Source: Leidyana gryllorum EB-2025a
Lineage: Eukaryota > Protista > Apicomplexa
DNA: 64,000 nucleotides
Assembly: GCA_048772705.1 (NCBI GenBank)
Contig: JBLWGC010000140.1
Span: 62,001 to 126,000 of the forward strand
Direction: 5' to 3'
The notes beneath the pieces are model-generated. The model had not been told where the DNA came from. It searched no databases and was given only the letters and a program-made list of their open reading frames with translations. Of the stretch, positions 1-11,167 are shown in pieces (the stretch's first letter is position 1; each line of letters starts with the position of its first letter). A program made the position numbers and the translations under genes.

Positions 1-359
1 TGCGGTCTTTGCGCTTTGCCAATTCGCCCGATTTGAGCGTCGGCGCTTTGCCGTCAAACACGTACACCGGTTTCATCCCCAGCTCCATGATCCGAATGGC
101 TCGACTCAACATACCCGCCAGGTGACTGGTCGTTTCACCAGCAGCGTTGGTCAAGTTGCCGTAGGACTCACCATCGCGAATCGCCACCATAAACTGATAC
201 AATGACAACGAGGCATCAATGGCAACTACACGGCCAATAAATGACTCTGGCGCCTACATAAATTCAGATAATCACATGCCACAGATACACACGTACATGA
301 TAACTGACAGCACCTGGTGCTTTGTCACATACGAATTTGGTAAGTCCATCTATTCCCAT
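1..359 (-). CDS. FEN1: Flap endonuclease 1, 5' part (runs off window start; one intron)
   Basis: Hand translation of minus strand: [21 protein letters not shown] | [76 protein letters not shown]; classic XPG-N motifs. Confidence 0.95.
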
Positions 360-402
360 TTCGTCGGTCGAAAGTCAGTTCAAAAAAAAGTGAGAACTTC
401 AA

Positions 403-644
403 ATGTATCTGAGATACTATATCGGCGAAGACGGCAAAAGGGTCTATACCCTCTCGGTAAGTGCTCAAAAAGACGCCCAGATACCCCATTCAACCTACAG
501 GCAAAAAGCCCGCTCAATGGTGAACCCACCAAGACTGCTCACCCAGCAAGATTCTCACCAGATGACAAGTATAGTGCCCAGAGAGTTATGCTCAAAAGCA
601 GGTTCGGGGTCCTCCCGACTATGCAACCTCCCCTTGTGCTCTAA
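403..644 (+). CDS. NOP10: H/ACA snoRNP subunit Nop10 (one intron, ~457-500)
   Basis: [17 protein letters not shown] + ...[31 protein letters not shown]; Nop10 signature; GTAAGT..AG intron joins the two ORFs. Confidence 0.95.
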
Positions 645-655
645 ACTTTTCTTTT

Positions 656-3519
656 ATGAGTGCACCAACCTTTAGACTCTGTGTGGCACACTGCAAATGG
701 CCCTGTGAGGATGTTGTTTTGCCACTCCGTAGTGCTAAGGTAGCAGAGGATGGACGTAAATTCGGCTTCGAACTGTGCGATTCCGGGGATGTATACAACG
801 GATACACCTGGGAGACTAAACGCGATGGCCTGGGAGTATGCCTTTATGCCAGTGGCGATGGATACGCCGGTGAATGGTGCGAAAACAACAGACATGGCTG
901 GGGCTTCTACATCAAAGCTTTCGGGTCGAAATATGAAGGCTCCTGGTCTAATGACACACAAACTGGCTTTGGCCTTCAGTCTCAAACGAATGATCTGAGA
1001 TACTTCGGTCAATTCACTTCCAATAAGAAGTAGGCACTACATAAATCCCATCCACAAGCCGTGTCTCCGTGTAGCACACGCGTGTGTGGTGTGCTTCCGT
1101 ATAATTATCGATCTGTCTGCCTGCCTGTTCTGCGAAATCTTTCACCCAAACGTTGATCAACAGGCACGGAAAGGGGGTGCTTTTGCAGTCCAACGGTCTT
1201 CTGTACGCTGGCGAGTGGGATAATGGCGAGCCGATCTCCCGCGAGCTACTATTCCAGGGATATAGCCCTACGGATGACAGACAACTATCACCGGCGGCGT
1301 CTTCGTCAGCTAACAAATTGAGTCGGACAGCGGGGAGCTGGGAGAAGCCTCCTTCCGGTCTGCTCGCGGCCCTGGATGGGACCGAGAGTAGTGATGCCCT
1401 GCCCTCCAGCTCATCTAGCTCTTCCACTCCGGGAGCCGCGAGCACGGCATCGCGGAATAGTCACTCCAGTCCCCCCATTAACGGTCGAGGCCCCGAAGAC
1501 CCGAAGGAAACCCGCGATTCTCTCTTTGCGCGGCGATTCCGAAAAGTTCAAAAGCTATCCAATGTCAGTTCAATAGATCAATGGGCCCCAGCAGAAGTAA
1601 CTCATTTCCTAGGCGCTTGTGGTAAGGTGGTGAGTGGTTGGCAACGTGATACGAACGATTGCAGGAATCAAAGAAGACACGACTGATCTGTTTCTACGGC
1701 ACAAAGTCTCGGGCAGCTGTCTTTTTGACATCTTGATGAACGCCCACGAATGTTTGGGTAAGTTCTTATGGGCGATCCACGTACACGGACGCCTCCTACT
1801 TTGTGAACAGTGGATATCGGGATTGACAATCCCTATGTGCGGCGGTTTATCTGGCTGACCTTCAGCACGATTTACAAGATTAAGCACCGTGTTGAAATGG
1901 ATCGGGTGCTTACGCACCCCTTCAATGAACCAATGAAAGATTATGGTATATCAACCAAGTGAGTACTTTGGTCGCTACCGCCCCACTCACTGTGTGGCAG
2001 AGGGTTGTATCTGGAGCGACGCGTGGGTGAAGGGGGTTACGGCAGAGTGTACCGTGGACGGTACGAATTTGGAGGCTCGCCCAGCGGCGCCGGGTACGCG
2101 TCCGATGCTTCCACAGGTGAGGGCGCGACCCCAAATGACGGGTCTGAAGGAGATCTGTGCGCAGCTTCGACAAAGGCGGGAGAAAGGGCTGCGCGAGAAT
2201 CGAGTATTCCAGTGGCCGTCAAAGTCTTCAGGTCCCGAGCTCTGGGAGGTTCACGAATACGTCGACATGCAGATGGAACAGCTGACATATATGGGCGGCT
2301 CCAGCGACAGCAACGCGCTTTGATGCGGGACTTTCATGCTGAAGTCAAAGTCCTGAGTAATCTGAGGTGAGTGGATTGGCAGCAGCTCGCTTTTTCCGGG
2401 GAGCATTATGCCCCCCCGTCGGAGACAGTCGATGAACGAAACTCTTTTCTCAGACATCCGAACATAACGCTCTTCTTAGGAGCCATTACATTTCCCTTAT
2501 TCTGTATTGTGACAGAGTACGTGCCGTGTGGGTCTCTATTCGACCTGTTGCATCGGCACAAGCGACAGTTGTCTCTGCGGCAATTGGTACGGATAGCGTG
2601 GGAGATATGTTGCGCCTGTTGCTATCTCCATTCCAAGTCAATTATACACTGCGATCTCAAATCAAGTAACATTCTTTTGAATGAGAACGGAAGTGTCAAG
2701 TTGTGCGATTTCGGCCTGGCTACGTCGATTGCTTCGACCAGTGAGGACTCCTCTTCGGGCACGGAGAGCGAGTCGTCCATATATAAGTGTGAGTGCAGGA
2801 GGCGGGTGTTTCCACAGTGACTTGATAATGTAGTCATCGAGGAGAAGCCGGCAATGCTCGGATGTATAGGAACGCACCAATGGATGGCACCGGAGGTAAT
2901 GAGGGGAGAAGCGTCCACCAAAGCCTCGGATGTATATTCCTTTGGAGTGATCTTGTGGGAGATGTTGACCGGAAAGATCCCATACCGTGGTAAGCAGAGT
3001 GATTGCGATGTGCTGATTGCAACGTTCTGAGTGCACTGTGCTCTCTGCGATGTGCTGAGTGCATTGTGCTGAGTACAATGCATTTACTCCTCCCACCCAT
3101 GCTGCATTTTGTGCACTGCTGCAGACTTGCCTTTGGCACATATAATTACTTGGGTCGGGTATGGAGGTCATTTGCCTTTTGAGAGAGCAACATACCTGGC
3201 CCGGGCGGCAAGATCCTCAGCACAACATATGGCGCCTGGGACGGTTGAGCAAGCTCCAGGCGCAGTGCAGTTGGATAGTTGTCTTGACGCACTGCCTCAA
3301 CCAATAAAAAGCATTCTCGTTCGATGTCTGTCGGTAGGTGGAGCTTTGATGCCACCGTGTTTGATATATCATTTGGTTTTGGTTCAGCCAACTCCGAGCC
3401 AGCGTCCATCTTTCAAGCAGTTGACGAGCATCCTGAATGAGCTTCGGCGATCTGCAGTGCTGGATGTGGAGGAGAACCTGAAGAGTTTCTTTGGGATTCA
3501 AAGCAGCAGCGCGAGCTGA
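656..3519 (+). CDS. MORN-repeat / SAM-domain tyrosine-kinase-like (TKL) protein kinase, multi-exon
   Basis: MORN repeats ([34 protein letters not shown]); SAM-like start ([14 protein letters not shown]); kinase motifs [44 protein letters not shown]. Confidence 0.9.
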
Positions 3520-3661
3520 TTGTGTTGTGTGCATTTAAGTCTGTGGCAGAGAGCGTTGAATAACTTGGGTGAACACAGTGTGATTGAAGTACACTGGGTG
3601 ATCAGGCGGCTGATTGATCGATTGTTGTCCGTTTTGGAGCGAAAATTGGCCTTTTTGCACA

Positions 3662-6482
3662 ATGTCGACCGAGGTCGGAATCAAGCCGAGCGCGGAGGAC
3701 TTGCGGAAACCGTTTGGAGTGGCGGATTGGGTTTTGCGATGGATCATCGAGGCTGGCTGGTCTCAGGCGATCACCTCGTGCAACAGTGATCCGCGGAAAA
3801 CAAGTGACGCATCTTTCACAGAAATTACACTGGTGGGTGAACCGAACCGATCCCACCGACGAATCTGTGTGTGTCAATGTGTGTGTGTGTGTGGGGGGTG
3901 TGTGAGTGTGTGAGTTAACGAGTTAACGGGCGCTTCGACACACTTCAGGGATTGAAAGTCTGTTTTCGTTATTTACAACAAGTAGTGCCCTCTCCCGAGG
4001 AAGGATGGTATAACGCAGGTGAGAGACGGCATCGTTGAGTGTTCAATTTGACTCGCGGTATAGTGTTCCAGAACTATGATCTGGATGAAGACGGTTACAT
4101 CGATTTCGAAGATTTTGCTGACATCGTAACGAAGGTGGGGGAGGCCCGGTGTTCGGTAGATGTTGTTGGAATCTGCCCATCAGTATCACAATCATCATGC
4201 ACAGCGCAACCTGCGACGCCACAAGCAACGACTAAAGAAGGACAAGACGGCGGGAGACATGAGCCCCACCGGATCTCCCTACACTAATTCAACACGAGAC
4301 ACTGCCAGAATGGACACCAAACGGGTGAGTGACGGGACCGAGGAGGAACAAGTGAACGAATGATACCACCGTTGACAGTCGGATCTGAACCCAACTAAGT
4401 GTGGGAAAGATGTAGATCCAGATTACCAGCCGGAGATCACGGGAGTGCAATTCGTTTCTCGCATAGTTTACCCGCTTCATTCCGGGTCATGTGAGGTATA
4501 TAAAGATTACCTGTTCGGCTCGGACGCCGGTCAAGGAGCTTTCGGCAAAGTGCAAGTGGTCACTCACAAATCCACAGGAGCCAGACGCGCCTGTAAATCA
4601 GTCGTGGTGGCTCGACCGCGACAATGGGAATTGATACATCAGGAAATTGACATCATGAAACAGCTTAACCACCCCAATATCTTGCGAGTGAGTGGTGATG
4701 AGTGTGTGTGTGTGTGGTGTGTGTGGGGGTGTGTGTGTGAGTCTCCAGTCTTCGACTTGGTGGTCCTCAATCTTTGATCTGCATTCTTTGGTGTTCGATC
4801 TCCGATCTTGACTGTTCTTCAATTCCCCACAACTCTTCAGCTTCACGAGATCTATCACGACGGTTACACAATATACCTCATTGTCGAGTTGTGCGAGGGC
4901 GGTCAGCTTTTCGACCGCATTGTGGAGCACTACGAGCGGCTGCGTCGTCCGATAACGGAGCGACAAGTTGGGCAGTGGATGACAGAGATATTGTCTGCCG
5001 TCGCCTATTGTCACGAAAAGGACATTTTACATCGCGACATCAAGCCCGAAAACATTCTTTTCGTTGATAAGTCCGAGGATTCGGCCCTGAAGCTGATAGA
5101 TTTCGGATTGTCGTCGACTGGAGCGCGAATTCGGGAAAACCAACACGAGGAAGTGGAGAAGAAGACGGGTATGCCGGGCTTTGTCGCCAAGTAAGTCTCA
5201 CCCACACACGTTTTGTGTTGGAGACGGCGTGTGTGTGTGTGTGTGCGCGTCTCCTTCCCGTGGAGTCCCCACCGCTCGGCGGGCGTGTCGAGAGACACTG
5301 AGAGCGCGAAATGTGTGTTTGACGTGTCTGTTAGGATGATGCCACGGTTAGGGGGGAAGCCCCCGGTTTCTACTAATGTGAAGAAAATGAAGATGCAGCG
5401 GGCTGGAACGCCGCACTATATGGCGCCTGAGATGATCAAAGGGCATTATGACGAGAGATGCGATCTCTTCTCTATCGGTGTTATTATGCATCAGCTGCTG
5501 ACCGGTGTGCATCCGTTCTACATCCCGGGAATGGACGACGAGAAGTCGGTAGAGTTGAAGATCCTCGAGACTGTTCCCCCAATGACGGGCCCGGAATGGT
5601 GAGCGCAGAAAGGAACTTGGGTGACAGACAGTGTGGCAATTTGGGTTCATTAGGACTTATGTGTCGCCGGCTGCGAAGGATTTATGTCGTAACCTTTTGA
5701 GACGGAATCCGCAAAAGCGGCTCACGGCCAAGGAGGCGCTCAATCACCCGTGGTTCGAGTAAGTGAATTTTTGTGGGGAGCTGTGGAGAACTTTGCGTTT
5801 CGGTGCAGTCAAGTGCGATCGACGACTTCGGGTGTGCAACATTCGTTGGTGTCGGCGTCTGTGTTCGAGGGACTGCGGTCGTGGCAGAATCAGAACAAGT
5901 TGAAACAGGCTGTGGTTCAGTTGATCGCTCGGGAGCTTTCTGAGAAAGAGATTTGCGATTTGCGGCGCAAGTTTAAGGCTTTGGATAAGAAGAAGGACGG
6001 AATGATCTCTCTGGATGAAGTTCGGGAGGCGATGAAAGAGTCCGGCCATCACATGTTGGAGTCTGATCTGCAGGCAATGTTTGTCAGTATGGGCGGATCT
6101 CAGGGCAGAATCGGATGGAACGAGTTCTTGTCAGCTCTGTTGTGCAAGCGGATGATGTTCCAGGAGAAACAGGTGAGATCGGCGAGGGCTGGACGACCTT
6201 TGTTCTTTCGTGCACAGCTCCGGGAGATCTTCAAGAAGTTTGACACGAAAAATGAGGGTCGGGTCTCCGTGGCCACCCTCCAGAAGGCTCTCCGCGGGAC
6301 TCAGCGTTACGGTACTTTGGCCAGCAACGAGGTGCAGGACATCTTTATGGAGATCGATAAGAACAAGGACGGGTATGTTGTTGTTGTTCAGTTCGCGCCT
6401 ACGATTGCGTGTCGCCAGGTACCTCGACTTCTACGAGTTTGTCGATTTGATGACCCCGGAGCAATTCATGGCCAACAACTAG
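3662..6482 (+). CDS. Calcium-dependent protein kinase with an extra N-terminal EF-hand, copy A (multi-exon)
   Basis: N-terminal EF-hand [12 protein letters not shown]; [28 protein letters not shown]; junction [12 protein letters not shown]; C-terminal EF-hands [12 protein letters not shown] and DKNKDGYLDFYE. Confidence 0.92.
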
Positions 6483-6511
6483 AGTGTTTTTTTTGGTCTC
6501 GCGCTAGTAGA

Positions 6512-9342
6512 ATGTCAACCCCTCTTCAAAAGCCCACAGCCGATGATCTACGGAAACCCTTTGGGGTCGCCGACTGGGTATTGCGGTATATTATCGAGGC
6601 TGGTTGGCATCAAGCTATTGTCAGCTGCAACTCCGACCCACGCAAGACGCCAGAAGCGTCTTTCACCGAGATCACTCTGGTAGGGACCCCACCCTTCTGT
6701 CCCCCAAACTGCCGCCGCTCCAGGGACTCAAGGTATGTTTCCGCTACCTACAGCAGGTCGTTCCCTCGCCAGAAGAGGGTTGGTACAATGCAGGTCAGTC
6801 CCACACCGCCGCCCGCTCCTGACCATAATGTCGCTCTGTCACTGATTGATCGATTGATCGATGGATCGATGGTGATCACCCCGATCTGGCGGTGATCACT
6901 TTGCGCTCGAAAGCAATAATCCATTCGTTGCTGTTCAGTGTTCCAAAATTACGACCTCGATGAAGATGGCTTCATAGATTTCGACGACTTTGCGGACATC
7001 GTTACCAAGGTGAGTAACCACTCACACACCCACACACCCACACCCCCCCACACACACACCCACACACACACACTTACGGGTAATTCCTCTTTCGCGTGCT
7101 TCAGTATCATAACCACCACGCTCAAAGGAACATTCGGCGACACAAACAACGTTTATTAAAAGAGCGAACTACTGGGGGTTTGTCGCCCGACCATATTCGT
7201 CTGGATGAAAAGAAGTTGGGGGGAGTTGACGACAAGAGGGGCGAGTCTCCCGGGGTGCAGTTTGTTTCTCAAATCGTGTATCCACTGCACGAAGGATCGT
7301 GCGAAGTGTACAAAGACTATATTTTCGGGTCTGACGCTGGACAAGGGGCTTTTGGCAAAGTTCAGGTAGTCACACATAAGGCCACCAGTCAAAAGCGAGC
7401 CTGTAAATCAGTCGGTAAGCTCGCCAATCGCCAATCCCCGAACCCACCACTCTAACAGTCGTCGCACGACCCCGTCAATGGGAATTGATACATCAAGAAA
7501 TTGAAATTATGAAGAAGTTGAACCACCCCAATATATTACGGGTGAGCCTAACCTCTCTTCGCTCTCCTCTCCCCCCACACTCCGCCATCAGTTGCACGAA
7601 ATCTATCACGACGGGTACACAGTCTATTTGATTGTCGAATTATGCGAAGGCGGGCAACTATTCGACCGCATTGTTGAGCACTATGAGAAACTCCGGAGAC
7701 CCATCACAGAACGCCAAGTGGGCCAATGGATGACTGAGATTCTCTCCGCGGTGGCCTATTGCCATGAAAAGGATATACTCCATCGCGATATTAAGCCGGA
7801 GAACATCCTTTTCGTTGACCGCTCGGAAGACAGTCCATTAAAACTTATTGACTTTGGACTCTCGTCGACCGGGTCGCGCATCCGACAAACTCAGCACGAA
7901 GAGGTAGAAAAGAAGTCTGGAGTCCCCGGCTTCGTCGCCAAGTGAGTCGTCGTTCTCCCTCGTGTCTCTCTCTCCCCGACATCCCCCACCAGAATGATCC
8001 CGAAAATTGGCGGGAAACCTTTGGTGTCGACCAATGTCAAGAGAATGAAGATGCAACGAGCAGGCACCCCTCATTATATGGCACCCGAGATGATCAAGGG
8101 CCACTATGATGAGCGATGTGACTTGTTCTCAGTAGGCGTTATCATGCATCAGCTGCTCACTGGTGTCCATCCATTTTATATCCCTGGAATGGATGATGAA
8201 AAATCGGTTGAGCTCAAGATTCTTGAAACCGTGCCTCCCATGACGGGACCAGAATGGTTAGCCACCCCGACTGCCACTGCCCCCAACTTCTGCAGGACCT
8301 ATGTATCACCTGCCGCCAAGGATCTATGCCGAAGTTTATTGCGCCGGAATCCACTCAAAAGACTCACAGCGCGAGAAGCATTGCAGCATCCCTGGTTCGA
8401 GTGAGTCACAAAGCCATTGACTTCCTCCAACCTCTCCCTTGCTGCAGGCAAGTGCGATCTTCGGCCAGCGGCGTGCATCAATCTTTGGTCTCGGCATCGG
8501 TATTTGAAGGCCTCAGAGCGTGGCAAAATCAGAATAAACTGAAACAAGCAGTTGTTCAATTGATTGCCCGCGAGCTCTCGGAGAAGGAGATCTGCGACTT
8601 GCGCCGACAATTCAAGGCGCTGGACCGTGAGAAAGACGGGATGATCTCGCTCGAAGAAGTCCGAGAAGCCATGCGGGAATCAGGCCACCATATGGTCGAG
8701 TCGGATTTGGAGGCAATGTTCCATTCAATGGGAGGTGCACAAGGGCGCATTGGATGGAACGAGTTTTTGTCTGCCCTCCTATGCAAACGAATGATGTTCC
8801 AGGAGAAACAGGTGAGCCCAATCAAAGCTTCCTGCCTCGTTGCTGCTGGCTGGTAGCCAGATCTGCGCACGTACACGCTTATCGCGCCCTGCCATCACCC
8901 ATTGCGCCGTCGACGGCGGAGTGCTTGCGCTGTACTCGTTATGAGCTGAGTTCTGGCTGCCGCTATACCGAAAGACCGCCGCGTCTCCGTGTGTGCACAC
9001 ACGTGTGCCTCTCCAATGCTGAGCATTTGACCGGGCTGGTGCTTATTGTGTGTCTGGCGGGCGTCTTGGGGTATCACGTATCACATTCAACGCAGCTGCG
9101 TGAAATTTTCCGCAAGTTTGACGTGAATAACGAAGGAAGGGTTTCTGTGTCAACGTTGCAGAAAGCTCTGAAAGGTACGACGAAGCATCTGCAGAGTCAC
9201 GAAATCTCGGATATTTTCGCCGAAATTGATCGAAACAAAGACGGGTGAGTGAATAGGGAGATTGGTTAGTGATGGAGGCATCAGGTATTTGGACTTCTAC
9301 GAGTTCGTCGAGCTTATGACTCCTGAACAATTCATGCACTGA
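6512..9342 (+). CDS. Calcium-dependent protein kinase with an extra N-terminal EF-hand, copy B (tandem paralog)
   Basis: Same domain order and closely similar protein to copy A ([22 protein letters not shown]...[18 protein letters not shown]). Confidence 0.92.
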
Positions 9343-9424
9343 TTTTCCATTAAGTCTTTTTGTTGTCAAGTCCGAAAAAATCTCGTGCGCATCAAAGCGG
9401 CGAGTAGAATCGGCACATAGTGAG

Positions 9425-11109
9425 ATGAGTACTGAATATGCGTTTGCGGTGAGTGACTCAAAGGGGTAGCTGTCGAATTGGTAGCAGTGCGTCCCCTGTC
9501 TGGTGGCTTTCCCAACCCGAGATGAGCAGAAGACCCATCTTTTAAGTGATTGGCACCGCTACAATTTGAAGCGAAGACTGGCAGGTGAGCGTGTGCTGTC
9601 CCAAACGAGTGCCGGTCATTGACTATCGCCACAGAACTCGACCCGGTCACCTCTGACGAATATGCCCGCAAGATCGACCTTATCGAGATGCAAGGCGCGG
9701 TAAGCAGTGCCGGGATTTGAGGAAGATTTTTTCATCTGGTTGTTGGTTGCTCAGGCCGGCGCTTCTGTCACGGACGCGAGACCCCGTAGTCGGAAGAAGA
9801 TTGAGGGACGCAGATCACGTCAGAAACATGTAGAGGCTACAACACTGATCGCAGGCGGCCGACCATCACAAGTTGTCCCTGTCAGCAGGCACGAGGAGGA
9901 TGTCGAGAAGTTGGCCGCAGAGTCGTCGCCCCTCTCCCCTCCTTCAGTGGTCCAACATGACCAAACCCACGAAGAAGATGGCGGCGAGTCATCATCTTCG
10001 CCAACAATCAAATTCGAAATTGCGAAAGAATACGATATTCGGTTCAGTTTATTCGATACCCACGTTGCAGAATCTCTCAATGAGTGAGTTGTTCATTTTA
10101 CCTCTCTCTCTCTCTCTATCTTAGTACATCTCAATGTTTGCAGCAATCTGGAGTATATGCAAAAGTACCACTCGTTGTATATTCACGATCGCGAATACCT
10201 CAAGGATCTGGAGGGATTTATCACGTATTTAGGACGAAAGCTCTTCGAGGGACATCAATGTTTGTACTGTAATCGACCGTTCAAGTCTGTTGAAGCGGTC
10301 CGTAGACACATGGTGAGTGCTCTTTTAGAGGGAGATAGTTAGTCAAACTATACATTATTATTATTACGCAGGTTGACCGGGGTCATCGACGGATCGGTAC
10401 CCATCTGGAGGAGCACTCTGATGAGTATGAAGCATTTTATGACTACACTGAGTCCTATAAAGAGCTTCACTTGCCCCAAGATGTAGTAGCCAAGTTACCG
10501 GCGCTGATGGCGCCCATACCGGAGGAAGGCGGTGGGCTCACCTCACCTCCCGTAGAAGGTGAGGACGAGTGGGAGGTCGTTGAGGAGTACTACGAGGACG
10601 ACGAGGAAGAAGAGGGTATGATCCATCAGCGTGGCGAGCAGACGGCGGCGGTAGTGGCAGCAGCCGTTCCCCACGAGAAGACGTGGCAGGAGCAGTTGGA
10701 GGCTATCGGTTTCAGGCAGGCTCACTTGAACGAGGAGGGTGACCTCGTGCTGCCCAATGATCATACGTAGGTGTTTGTTTCTCTGTGGTACGCAATGTTT
10801 CTCTATATTAGGGTGGTGAGTCGCAAGAATTTGAGGCCTGGGATGAAGGTGGCGATGGTGCGGCCGCGTCCGGTCATGAAGGTACCGGCGTTAACGGAGA
10901 CCGGACACACACAGCTCGTGTTAAACGAGCGCGTAGTCCAGACCGCCGCGGCAAAGTTTGTTCGCGTGAAAGCCCATTCCGATATGCGGTGAGTGTCGAG
11001 TGCGTTATAACCACTGATCATCTTTGTCTTTCTGCTTTCTTACAGTCTCGGAGTGAAGAGCAATCGCCTTTACCGCTACATTGCCAGGAAGAACAAAATC
11101 TTCATATGA
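9425..11109 (+). CDS. REI1: Pre-60S maturation C2H2 zinc-finger protein Rei1/ZNF622 (multi-exon)
   Basis: CVPCLVAF...HLLSDWHRYNLKRRLA; HSLYIHDREYLKDLEGFITYLGRKL; CLYCNRPFKSVEAVRRHM; FYDY; C-terminal LGVKSN. Confidence 0.9.
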
Positions 11110-11167
11110 AATTTTTGCCTCCTCCCCTCCCTCCATGGCTTGAGACAAACTTGGTCACACACATACA

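Noticed and set aside
5750-6895. Read-through fusion of CDPK-A into CDPK-B suggested by the 381-aa ORF
   Set aside because: Arises from unspliced introns; spliced CDPK-A stops at 6482, as its paralog does
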